Assembly (NCBI GenBank): GCA_030704615.1
Contig: CM060734.1
Location: 51,398,001 to 51,462,000, forward strand
DNA length: 64,000 nt
DNA from: Takakia lepidozioides
Lineage: Eukaryota > Plantae > Bryophyta
Direction of reading: 5' to 3'
Part shown: piece by piece, positions 39,483-50,985 of the stretch
Layout of the letters: each line of letters opens with the position of its first letter
Numbering within the stretch: the stretch's first letter is position 1
Translations under genes and position numbers: made by a program
The notes under the pieces: model-generated
The model's input: the letters and a program-made list of their open reading frames with translations, nothing else
What the model was told of the DNA's origin: nothing
Databases searched by the model: none

Positions 39483-41004
39483 CGTATCTATGAGTGCTAG
39501 ATACGAGTTAGTTGTAGCACTTGTGGTTTTTGCTTGAGAATGAGAGAAACCAAGTTGTTATGCAAGGAGCACCGTGGAGCTCTTGGTTATTAGAAGCGGA
39601 GGCGATGTGGGTTACGAGGTGGTAAACCTTGGCATTCGATCTTCAGCTTCATAGATGAAAGCACCATACTGTAGGTAATTCCAGAGCACCTTGATGGTTT
39701 CAGATTGTGTACATGCATGAGCAAGCACGATTGGGAAGAGGACCAGTCAAGAGCAGGTTATAGTGGCTTTGGTGGCAAAGCTGAGAACTGGACTTGGGAA
39801 TGCGAGCTGTCATTGTGTGAAGGATTGCAAGACCAAGCGAAAGGGCTGATTTGGCTTGGGGCAAATCAGTGCACTTTGTGGAGTATGGTGAGATTGGGTT
39901 TCAATCTCGAGCTTCAGCATTGAGAGGGCTCTTGTCATGGCAAGAGCAGGGCTGGAACAGGAGCTAAGAGGTGCGGCAAGGCCATGGAATGTGCACCTAG
40001 GGTTTCAGAGCTTGGAAGAAGAGCTCTTGCACCACAAGAGAAGTGTCTTGTGGCTGGAAATGTAAGCCTTAGGGTTTCAGGAGCTTGGCAAGGGCTGTGG
40101 AGTGCTTAGTCTTGTCTTAGAGAGCATCAAGGAGCCAAGGAGCCAAGATAGGGGGCTGATATCTCTTGTGTGAAGAGGTTGCATGTGTGGAGCATGTATT
40201 CAGCTCATTGAAGCTTCCATCTTCAAGCTTGGAGGGCAAGCAAGGAAGAGGGAAGGGCTGACTTCCCTTATGTGAGGGCAATGTATGTGTGGAGCATGCT
40301 ATCAGCCTGGTGAAGGCTTGCACTTTTAGGTGTGGGAGTGCAAGAAAGGAAGGAAGGGGCTGGTTTCCCTGTAGGGCATGTAGAGCATGCTTTCAGCCTG
40401 CTGAAGCTTGTATTATCAGGTTTGTGGGTGCAAGAAATGAAGCAAAGGAGCTGATTCTCTTATGGTGAGAGTGGGGCATGTGTGGAGCATGCCTTCAGCC
40501 CATTGAGGCTCTTGTTTTCAAGCCTTAGAGAGCTAGAACGGAAGGTCTAGGGCTGGTTTCCACTTGGAGTGAAAGAACAGCACTTGTAGGGCCTATGTGA
40601 GTTGGGGTTTCAACTTCAAGCTTGAAGGGAGCGCAACTCTTGAAGCAACAGGTGTAGAGGGCTGGAATAGGCTCTAAGACAGATGCTATGGCCAATGAGG
40701 GGAGTGCTTGAATGAGTGCTCACAAGGGCTGGGAACCAGCAGGGCTTGGTTGTTTGCCATTGAGTTTAGTGGCGTGTTTGGGGAGGCTAAGTGAGAAAGA
40801 AGGCTTGGTTTGTGGCAACCACCTCATGGCTTAGGGCTACTATGGTGGTGTGTGGGAGCCGAAAGAGCAAGGATACCTTGCTGATTTCCTCACAGCCACC
40901 ATAGCTCGGTGGAAAGAAGCCTAGAGTCCAAGAGACACAAACCCTAGCTTGGCGTGGCTAAACCCCTTGGAGAAATGGCTAAACTGCCAGAGCGGCCATG
41001 TGTG

Positions 41005-43110
41005 GGGCTGTGACAGGTTGTGGCAAGCTGTGACGGGCTGTGGCAAGCTGTGACAGGCTGTGATGGGCTGTGTCAGGCTGTGACAGGTTGTGCCCAGTGG
41101 CCTTTGGGGCTGTGACGGGCTGTGCGGGGCTGTGACAGGCTGTGCCCTGAGGCCTGTGGGCTGTGACGGGCTGTGACAGGCTGTGCCCAGTGGCCTGTGG
41201 GGCTGTGACGGGCTGTGACAGGCTGTGATGGGCTGTGATGGGCTGTGACAGGCTGTGCCCTGTGCCCTGTGGGGCTGTGACGGGCTGTGTCAGGCTGTGA
41301 CAGGCTGTGCCCAGTGGCCTTTGGGGCTGTGACAGGCTGTGCCTGAGGCCTTTGGGGCTGTGACGGGCTGTGAGGGGCTGTGACAGGCTGTGCCCTGTGC
41401 CCTGTGGGGCTGTGACGGGCTGTGTCAGGCTGTGGCGAGCTGTGACGGGCTGTGCGGGGCTGTGACAGGCTGTGCCCTGAGGCCTGTGGGGCTGTGACGG
41501 GCTGTGACAGGCTGTGGCGAGCTGTGACAGGCTGTGCCCATGGCCTTTGGGGCTGTGACGGGCTGTGACAGGCTGTGCCCAGTGGCCTGTGGGGCTGTGA
41601 CGGGCTGTGACAGGCTGTGGCAAGCTGTGACAGGCTGTGATGGGCTGTGATGGGCTGTGACAGGCTGTGCCCTGTGCCCTGTGGGGCTGTGACGGGCTAT
41701 GTCAGGCTGTGGCGAGCTGTGACGGGCTGTGACGGGCTGTGACAGGCTGTGCCCAGTGGCCTGTGGGGCTGTGACGGGCTGTGACAGGCTGTGGCAAGCT
41801 GTGACCGGCTGTGATGGGCTGTGACGGGCTGTGTCAGGCTGTGACAGGCTGTGCCCAGTGGCCTTTGGGGCTGTGACGGGCTGTGCGGGGCTGTGACAGG
41901 CTGTGCCCTGAGGCCTATGGGGCTGTGACGGGCTGTGACAGGCTGTGGCGAGCTGTGACAGGCTGTGCCCATGGCCTTTGGGGCTGTGACGGGCTGTGAG
42001 GGGCTGTGACAGGCCGTGCCTGAGGCCTTTGAGGCTGTGACGGGCTGTGAGGGGCTGTGACAGGCCGTGCCCATGGCCTTTGGGGCTGTGACGGGCTGTG
42101 AGGGGCTGTGACAGGCCGTGCCTGGGGCCTTTGGGGCTGTGAGGGGCTGTGAGGGGCTGTGACAGGCCGTGCCCATGGCCTTTGGGGCTGTGACGGGCTG
42201 TGAGGGGCTGTGACAGGCCGTGCCTGAGGCCTTTGAGGCTGTGAGGGGCTGTGAGGGGCTGTGACAGGCCGTGCCCTAGGCCTTTGAGGCTGTGACGGGC
42301 TGTGATGGGCTGTGGCAAGCTGTGACAGGCTGTGATGGGCTGTGATGGGCTGTGACAGGCTGTGCCCTGTGCCCTGTGAGGCTGTGACGGGCTGTGAGGG
42401 GCTGTGACAGGCCGTGCCCATGGCCTTTGGGGCTGTGACAGGCTGTGAGGGGCTGTGACAGGCCGTGCCTGGGGCCTTTGGGGCTGTGACGGGCTGTGAG
42501 GGGCTGTGACAGGCCGTGCCCATGGCCTTTGGGGCTGTGACGGGCTGTGAGGGGCTGTGACAGGCCGTGCCTGAGGCCTTTGAGGCTGTGAGGGGCTGTG
42601 AGGGGCTGTGACAGGCCGTGCCCTAGGCCTTTGAGGCTGTGACGGGCTGTGATGGGCTGTGGCAAGCTGTGACAGGCTGTGATGGGCTGTGATGGGCTGT
42701 GACAGGCTGTGCCCTGTGCCCTGTGAGGCTGTGACGGGCTGTGAGGGGCTGTGACAGGCCGTGCCCATGGCCTTTGGGGCTGTGAGGGGCTGTGAGGGGC
42801 TGTGACAGGCCGTGCCCATGGCCTTTGGGGCTGTGAGGGGCTGTGAGGGGCTGTGACAGGCCGTGCCTGAGGCCTTTGGGGCTGTGACGGGCTGTGAGGG
42901 GCTGTGACAGGCCGTGCCCATGGCCTTTGGGGCTGTGACGGGCTGTGAGGGGCTGTGACAAGCCGTGCCTGAGGCCTTTGAGGCTGTGAGGGGCTGTGAG
43001 GGGCTGTGAGGGGCTGTGACAGGCCGTGCCTGAGGCCTTTGAGGCTGTGACAGGCTGTGAGGGGCTGCGACAGGCTGTGCCCAGTGGCCTGTGGGACTGT
43101 GACGGCCTGA
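41005..43110. repeat. About 2.1-kb minisatellite of roughly 10-bp GGCTGTGA(C/G/T)(A/G) units with higher-order periodicity, in the retroelement leader
   Basis: Seen directly. Confidence 0.97.
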
Positions 43111-43848
43111 CCAGTGAGCTGTGTGGGCCTGTGCTGGTCTGTGGTGGCCCGTGTTGACCTGTGGACGGCCTGTGCTGACTCGTGGAGGCACTGGTGGACT
43201 GCCTAAGGACTGGCATGTGGTCTGGAAGGCCAAATTTTGAAGCTCGTGGAGGGCGGTTTGAGGAGTATCTTCATGATATTCCCATGGTCATGCAAGTGAG
43301 GATAGAGAGGAGAGGCAGAGTGTTGGGATGAGAGCATGCTGGGGTTAGGCATTGCTTTAGCTTCTCTTCCTCGTAGTTTCCACCCTCTCATTAGGCCAAG
43401 ACCTTTCCGTAGGTGGAGGCAAGAGTCAGTCCGGGTTTGGGCTGGGGTGTCCTTGCAGGAGCAACACCGTGGAGTTGTTTTTGGTGTGGGGGAGTTGTCG
43501 ATCTGATTTCTTGTGTTTGGATCCCCTCCATACCTGCATGCTTGATTGTGCGCCATGCTAGTTTTGTGTGGGCGCTTGTTTTTATAGGTGATTGGTCCGG
43601 ATTTGATCACCGGCCAGTCCTAGAGCATGCTGTCGATGGTGAGGCTGGGGTGATGACCAGCCAGACCATCATTGTTTCTCCTGTGGTGAGGTTGGAGGTG
43701 ATGACCAGCCAACCATAGGAGTGCTTGTGGTGGATGCAGGTACAGGTGTAGGCTATGTTAGGAACTTAGTATTCCAAACCATAAGCCGCAACAGGTTCTC
43801 TACCCGGTTACCTTGTGAAGAGGGGGTTAGGGACATGTTCATGACCGG

Positions 43849-46502
43849 TTGAGTGTCAACACGGAGGTGCCACTAGTTGCTGGGGACAGTGCCGGTTCGA
43901 GCACTAGCGATACTAGTGGGTACACGAGACGAGGTGTGCGGTTTAGGCCACCTTCACCTCCTGTGTCTTCTACGGAAGGTTCTGATTCGGATTGTGAATC
44001 GGGAGGACTCATACCGGCGGTGCAAGTTGTTTCTTTGCCATTGTTGTGGACACAATGGAGGAGATGTATGGAGCTACCAAGGGGCCACGAAGGTACTCTG
44101 GGGCGGTGGGCACCATTGAGTTGGATGATTTTATCCAAGAGTTTGATAGTTGGTGTGATTTGCAGCAAATGCGCAATCCACAACTATTTACGCCGTTCAT
44201 GGCATGGAAAGGGCTGTTTCAGCACCTTGAGGGGCCGCCTATGGATGATTACCATGAGTTCAGGCGGGGGCATGAGGTTGAGATCGAGGAGTGGAGGATG
44301 TACTGGTCACCCGACTATGTCTCCATCACTAGGGGCACTAGAGCCACGAGGGCAGTGGCTACACCTGCCGCTGCACCGGCAGCTTCAGCAAGCAGCAGTG
44401 GGACTGGTGGTACAGTAGCTACGACGTCCACCCAAGCCACTACCGCACCAGCACTAGCACCCGTGCCTGCCTTCAACCCTGTCGTGGAGTTCTTCGAAGA
44501 GTTGAGAGGGAACTACCAAGAGGTGAGGACAGAGAAGTTGCGGAGCTTGCAAGAGTTCCAACGGAAGCTGACCGAGAGCTTGAGGGAGGCTTTCACTCGC
44601 ATGAGGCGCTTGATAAATGTAACCCAAGGGGTTACGGAAGCTCAGGCAGTCCAATTCTGGTATGGGATATTGGACAAGGAGCTGAGGAGAAGGGTGCGGG
44701 ATGCAACTCTCCTACAAGCGGCCCAACCCACCTTAGCAAATGTGTTTTTGCTGGCAGAGCGGATAGAGCTCAACATGGTGGAGGAACGAGTGGTCATGGT
44801 GGGATTTGCTAAGGAGACACCACGGGGTAGTGGTGCTCCTAGCCAACCACCACCTCAACGTGCTCAAGGCAACAAGGGGGCTCAGGTGAAGCTCAGGGAA
44901 GGGCAGAAAGGACCTCAGATGCAGGGGTCTCTCCCTTCATTTGCTGGCCAACAACGGGCGGATGTGGTGTGCTGGACATGTGGAGGACCCCATGTCAAGA
45001 AGGATTGTCCAGAGGGAGGCAAAAGGGCCGCACATGCACAGCCTGCCACAGTTACAGTGTGGGCATTGTGGCAACACGGGCATGGAGAGGCTCAGTGTTA
45101 TGGTTTGCATCCTGAGTTGCGCCCAGGCCAGTTCCAAGGGAACAATGGCGGGGCGAGGGGCGGGGGGAGAGTGGAGCAGCCCAGAGGACGAGGTGGCCAG
45201 CCACGAGGTGCAGGCCAAGGGCAAGCTCAACGTGGCCAAGGACGCGGAGGTCAGGGTGTTGACCAAGGCATGGCCAACCGGCTTCAGCAGCTAGAGCAGA
45301 GGCTCGCTGCCATGGCTACAGCTCAGGTGGTACCGGCTCTAAGGCCGGATGGTCCACCTCCTGCTCCTGAGGGAGGAGATATGGGAGGCATGGGATTCAT
45401 GTGTGGAGCAGCACTACCACTAGTGCAGGTGGAGTCTGCTGCAGCCGTGACTCGAGGAGCAGCACGAGTTCCTGAGCCACGAGGTGCAGAGGTGGAGTTG
45501 GATCCACAGCGTGGGGAGGCAAGCCGTCAGGCTAGGCTTCCTCAGTCATTCACATTGGCGGAGACAGTGTCGACGCCATCCATGGCACCTAGTTCTCGCC
45601 CGACTGTTACGACGAGAGCGGAGGTCACTATGCCATTGGGGAGAGCTACACGGGTAGCACCACTACCTAGTGTTGCCAAGGCTATGGCAGCTAGTGTGCT
45701 GCTAGGAGCGGCCACATCTGTGTGCCAGGCTCCATTGTTCTCGGCTACCATGATTGCGACGCCGGGGGTAAGACCAGCTGAGGTGTTCAGGCTGGCAGCT
45801 ACACTCTGTGAGAGTGGGGAGGTTACTTCATCTTCTGCGGAGATAGTGGGAGGTGTAGTGCCGGAGGGATCCTCGGATTTGAGGGTCAAGACTGCCACGG
45901 CGGCGCCATGGCAAGCTGCAGCTGCCAGGTTGATGGAGCTGCCAGCTAGGCCAGCCATTGAGCGCGCCATGGTGACACCTGGAGTTGTCATGTTAGACAA
46001 CCAGGATGGCATTTTCTGTTTGATGGACCGGCAGGCAAAGAGGTACCGGCCACTGCGAGTCTTGTTGGACTCGGGAGCTCAGCCACTGATGTTGGGCAGA
46101 GCTGCTATTGCAGGCTTGGGCCTCACGGAGGCGGATATGGAGCCTTGTCCTTTCCAGATACAGACGTCTCTCGGAGGATCGGAGCAGGCTCGGGGCATGA
46201 CACGGCATGAGTTAGCTATCAGACTACGGCCGGATCACCCTACAGATGGCTCAGTGATGCAAGCCAAGGCCATTGTGACAGACGCAGTCTCATACGATGT
46301 CCTGGTTGGTGGGGCAGTGTTGTACCCCATGGGCTTCACCCTGGATTTTTGGGAGGAGTCAGCTTCCTATAGGCCTGCATGGCAGTCAGGGGAGGGCCGG
46401 CGTGTGCAGCTCCCTGTGACGTTCATAGGAGGAGTTGCGGTTGCCCAGCGAGGCAAGATGCCGACACTAGCAGCATTCACAGCGGGCAGTGAGTTGGCCT
46501 AG
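43849..46502 (+). pseudogene. Gag plus aspartic protease
   Basis: Gag-like ELDDFIQEFDSW...QEFQRKLTESLREAFTR; knuckle CWTCGGPHVKKDC; RG-rich linker; protease VLLDSGAQ...YDVLVG. Frameshift near 44040. Confidence 0.88.
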
Positions 46503-46779
46503 AGAGTTGCTTGAGGGCAATGCTCATTCAGAGGATGTACCACCTTCGGGGAGAGCAGGATGACATGTATGGTATGGCGGAGTTGCCTACCATGGTTGCT
46601 CAGACTCCATTGTGGGGCACGAGCAAGGATTTGCAGCGGGATGCTGATCGACGGGTGCAACAAGCCTGGGTGGAGGCTTTTGTACCGTCAGGAGAGGAGG
46701 AGAGTGTGGGGATTGCACCAGGACCACCTCAATTGTCTCCATTGGACACCACACCTATTGTGTGGCAGTCTCCGGATGA

Positions 46780-47729
46780 AGGCATTTGTCTTCTGGACTT
46801 GTTTGCGGGATCAGCACCGGATTGGCTGCTGTGTTACAGGCAGGTGTACGAGTTCGGCGTTACCTGTATGTGGAGAGGGATGAGACTGCACGACGCGTTT
46901 CACTTCGCCATGTTGCTCAGTTGGTTGCTCAGTTGCGTGAAGCGTACCCTGAGTTGTTGTCGTGTCTGCAATTCGTGGATATCAGCAGGCCTTGCCAGCA
47001 GATATTTCGTTGCTGGGGGCGCAGGATTTGGAGCGGGTTGGCTCCATTGATCTGGTAGTGGCAGGTTGGCCCTGCCAAGGGCATTCATCAGCCGGGCATG
47101 GCAATGGATTGCGAGACTCGAGGTCGGGTCTGTTTTGGGAGATGGTGCGGGTTTTGCGCCACTTGCAGCTTCATCAAGCTGTATCTCCAGCATACATCTT
47201 GGAGAATGTGCCACTGATGGGCAATTCTCGGGCCAGGGTGATGGCCAGTGTGCATCAAGTCCGGTCGTGGCTTGGGTCAGCAGTGTTGCTGGATGCAGCT
47301 ACAGTGGGGTCACGGGCTCATCGTCCACGGCTATGGTGGACTAACATGATGCCACCCGCACTGCTCAAGCGTGCATTTGATGGGGTGCAGCGGCCAGCAC
47401 ATCTCACAGTGGATAACATTCTGGACACAGGGAGGCAGTCTCAACGTGTGAGACATGATGACCGTTCGCCTTTGGCAGTGGTCAACAAGGTGGGTCAACC
47501 ACGAGCAGCATTACCTACACTGCTCAGCTTCCCAGGATCGCATGCTTTCCGGGATAGTGGACCTGGCCTCCTGTGGGATGCTCAGTTGCAGCAGTTAGTG
47601 GAGCCTAATGCTGACGAGCGTGAGCGGGCAATGGGTTTTACCACTGGTACCACGGCGGTGTCGTCTCTTTCTGAGGCATCACGTCGTCAAGTGTTGGGGC
47701 AAGCAATGGATCTCAATTGCTTGACCTAG
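46780..47729 (+). pseudogene. DNA (cytosine-5) methyltransferase domain within pol
   Basis: Motif I LLDLFAG(ISTG), II YLYVE, IV DLVVAGWPCQGHS, VI YILENV, VIII AHRPRLW, IX ERERAMGF, X VLGQAM. Two 1-nt frameshifts (about 46810 and 46960). Confidence 0.93.
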
Positions 47730-48193
47730 ATTATCAGCTTGGCTCTAGCTGAGCAACGCAGAGTGCGGAATACACTTCCCTCAATGGTCTCTCTGCCTAC
47801 CGAGACGGTACAGGCAGTGAGTGGGGGCGAGCATATGAGGACCACGGGGTGCATGCATCCATGGCACACGTGGGAGGTGCTCGAGGTTCAGAGGGAGTTG
47901 GCAGCCAAGGCGGCTGTGATGGATGAGGTTGGGGATTCTTCTCGAGTTGAGGAGGTCCTCAAGGATGAGATGATGGGGCAGGATGATGCCTTGTCATTGA
48001 CTGAGCAGGTAGGGAGTACTGCTCAAGAGGTTGCAGCATAGCAACCACGGGACGCGTCCTCTACCTCTAAGCCCACTGGACTTAAGGTTGTAGTTACGGA
48101 GGACAATTGGGAGCCTGACATTGGACCCATTGTCACCGGAGGAGACGTATACGGCGGTTCCTGAGGGCTTACAGGAATTGCTTTGCCTTCAGT

Positions 48194-50032
48194 TTGAAGG
48201 ACTTGGGAGCACTGAAGGGTCAAAAGATCCGTATTGAGTTGGCCACTGACACGCCAATCTTTCGGAGACCCTATAGATACAGTGACATGGAGAGGTCTTT
48301 GATTCAGATGAGGACTCAAGATCTCTGGGAGGCAGGTTTGGTGGAGCTCTCTGGTGGAGAGTATGCTTCAGCCACAGTGATGCCAGCCAAGAAGGATGTC
48401 TATGGCAATTGGACGGAGAGATGTATGTGCGGTGATTACCGGCCTGTAAATCGTCAGACCAAGTCCGATAAGTATGCCATGCCAACACCAGAGGAGATCT
48501 TTGATGCCATCGGGCATGCTAAGGCCTTTAGCACTTTGGATTTACGATCCGGATATCACCAGTTGCCAATCAAGGAGGCGGACAAGCAGAAGACGGCATT
48601 CTGGGGGATCAATGAGCACGGCAAGGATTGCCTATATCAGTGGCGGTTCTTACCATTTGGGCTTAAGAATGCTCCTGCAGAGTTTCAGAGAGTCATGGAT
48701 AGGATTCTAGCAGGGGTGGACTTTGCTCGGTGCTACATAGATGACATCATCATCTTTAGTGTTACGATGGAGGAGCATGAGAGACACCTTCAGGTGGTAT
48801 TGGAGCGCTTGAGAGCGCACGGATTGAAGTTGCATCCGGGGAAGTGCAAGTTTTTCCACAACCAGATTGAGTATCTGGGTCACATGATATATCCTGGAGG
48901 ATTGGGGGTACAGCAGACTAAGGTAGAGGCCATTGCACAAATTCCACGCCCCACGGATGTGAGCCGAGTTCGAGCGTTCATGGGGTTGGCAAACTATTAT
49001 AGACGGTTTGTCAAGGGATTTAGTACCATTGCAAAGGCTCTAACCAAGCTGACCAAGGTGGACCAGGAGTGGCAGTGGGAAGATGAGCAGGAACGAGCTT
49101 TTCAAGAGCTCAAGGCGAGGTTGACCTCGGCGCCTATCTTGAGACGACCTATCAGGGGGCGTCCCTTTCAGCTGCATACGGATTGGAGCATGCTGGGGCT
49201 TGGAGCGGTGCTCACACAGGTGGATGATGAGGGAAGAGAGTTCGTAGTGGCTTACGCTAGCCGCTCGAACAACGCTGCAGAGGCTAAGTACAGCTCATAT
49301 GAGGGAGAGTGCTTAGCTGCAGTGTGGGCCGTGGCACACTTCAGGTGCTATCTATACGGCAATCTTTTCACCCTTGTCACGGATCACCAGCCACTCAAGT
49401 GGTTGATGGAGTCAGACAAGCTTACAGGGAAGCTTGCACGGTGGGCACTTATACTCCAGGAGTATGACTTTCAGGTTGTGCATCGACCGGGTTTGGTCAA
49501 TCGGGATGCGGATGGATTGAGTCGCAATCCATGCATGAGCCAGCAGGATGACACTGGAGCTCGGTGGCATGGTGAGACGGACGAGGAGATGGTGCCGGGA
49601 TGGCACGCATCTGCATTTTTGTGTATCTTGGCATCGGGAGGTCAGATTGGACCTACAACAGGGATGACTGTAGACAGAGTGTCTGAGGACCCTGAGGCTA
49701 GTGATGAGCTAGGTGGTGCCAGAGATATACATGAGGATTCGGCTGTGTTGGACTACCTCCGCACGGGAGACACGGCAGCCATTGTGACTGCCAGGGAGAG
49801 GGATCGGATCCTGCAACGAGCCAAGAGGTTCAAGTGGGAGGGGATACACCTACTTCGAGTGTGGGAGGGTGGTCGGGTGAGGATTGTGCCTCACCCCACA
49901 CAGCGTGCACGGTTAGTGCGGCATGCCCATGAGGAGTTGGGGCATTTTGGAGTGCGACGCACTCACAGTTTACTGCAGGGGCAGAGTATTGGTGGCGTGG
50001 TATGCATACAGAGGTGCAACAGTTGTGGCTAG
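48194..50032 (+). CDS. Reverse transcriptase, RNase H and start of the integrase Zn domain
   Basis: CGDYRPVN, LDLRSGYHQ, LPFGLKNAP, YIDD, YLGH; LHTDWS, EGECLA, TDHQPL, DADGLSR; HEELGHFG. Confidence 0.96.
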   Translation: MKDLGALKGQKIRIELATDTPIFRRPYRYSDMERSLIQMRTQDLWEAGLVELSGGEYASATVMPAKKDVYGNWTERCMCGDYRPVNRQTKSDKYAMPTPEEIFDAIGHAKAFSTLDLRSGYHQLPIKEADKQKTAFWGINEHGKDCLYQWRFLPFGLKNAPAEFQRVMDRILAGVDFARCYIDDIIIFSVTMEEHERHLQVVLERLRAHGLKLHPGKCKFFHNQIEYLGHMIYPGGLGVQQTKVEAIAQIPRPTDVSRVRAFMGLANYYRRFVKGFSTIAKALTKLTKVDQEWQWEDEQERAFQELKARLTSAPILRRPIRGRPFQLHTDWSMLGLGAVLTQVDDEGREFVVAYASRSNNAAEAKYSSYEGECLAAVWAVAHFRCYLYGNLFTLVTDHQPLKWLMESDKLTGKLARWALILQEYDFQVVHRPGLVNRDADGLSRNPCMSQQDDTGARWHGETDEEMVPGWHASAFLCILASGGQIGPTTGMTVDRVSEDPEASDELGGARDIHEDSAVLDYLRTGDTAAIVTARERDRILQRAKRFKWEGIHLLRVWEGGRVRIVPHPTQRARLVRHAHEELGHFGVRRTHSLLQGQSIGGVVCIQRCNSCG

Positions 50033-50727
50033 GTGCATGGTGTGTGACAGGGTGCGTGCTTCATTCAACGCCCCTACACCACAGTTGCATCCTTTACCTA
50101 TCATGGGATTGGGCTACAGGTGGAGTCTTGACTTCGCAGGACCGTTGCCACTGACTATGCGCCACCACAGATATGTGTTGGTGATGGTGGAGCACTTCTC
50201 CAAGTGGATTGAGTTGGTTCCATTGCCTGACAAGGCTAGTGGGGGCTGCGTATGCATTCTTGGATCGTGTGCTTAGCCGATTTGGTGCTCCAGCTGAGGT
50301 ACTCACGGACCAAGGGAGAGAGTTCTTGGGGGAGTTTCAGGCTTTGTGTGATAAAGCCTTGATCGACCACCGCACCACTTCTCGGGATCATCCTGAGGCC
50401 GATGGCTTAGCAGAGAGAGTTGTTCAGACGGTGAAGAGGGGTTTGCGCAAGTATGGCTTGCAGAAGGGACACCTAGGAGATTGGGATCTTCAGGTTCCTT
50501 GGTTAGCCATGGGCTACAGGTTCAGCAAACAAGCATCACTTGCCTCCTTCTCACCATATTTCCTTCTCTTTGGCCGAGAGCCGGATTTGCCTGCAGCCAT
50601 TCGTAGGGACACTGCTCAAGTCCTTAACCTTGACGATCCGGACGTGTGGGTACGTGCATGTGATCAGCGTGCAGAGTTGTTCAAGAAAGTCATGCCCATG
50701 GCTTTTGAGAACCTTGCCATTGCATAG
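49923..50727 (+). pseudogene. DDE integrase, frameshifted, C-terminal tail deleted
   Basis: H..H / CMVC zinc motif, SLDFAGPL, VLTDQG, DGLAER, SPYFLLFGR; ends abruptly at ENLAIA*. Confidence 0.92.
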
Positions 50728-50975
50728 TGGCAGTGGACATGACTGGAGGCAGCTAACAAGACATGGGAGGCCAAGCTCATAGGAGTCAATACATGAGATC
50801 CCAAGCTCAAGTTCACAGGTTGCAAGACGGCGACTAACGATGGGGCAACTCTTGCACCCGGCCTCTTGATCTATCGAGTTTGAGTGTAGTAGGGATAGTG
50901 GTGGAGGACTTAGTGAGGCTATGGTCACTATCACATCTTGTGGCTACCTGGACTTAGAGGGACCTAAGCACAGCT

Positions 50976-50985
50976 AGGGGGGCGA
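50976..50985 (+). promoter_or_regulatory. Polypurine tract
   Basis: AGGGGGGCGA immediately before repeat B1; the same tract is at 25783-25792 in the sibling. Confidence 0.85.

Noticed and set aside
40979-43233. Long minus-strand ORFs (602, 214, 202 aa and others)
   Set aside because: By-products of the 10-bp minisatellite; several frames are open with the same low-complexity peptides.
46780-47729. Bacterial restriction-modification gene or contamination
   Set aside because: It is collinear with and embedded in the retroelement pol, with no endonuclease partner or prokaryotic context.
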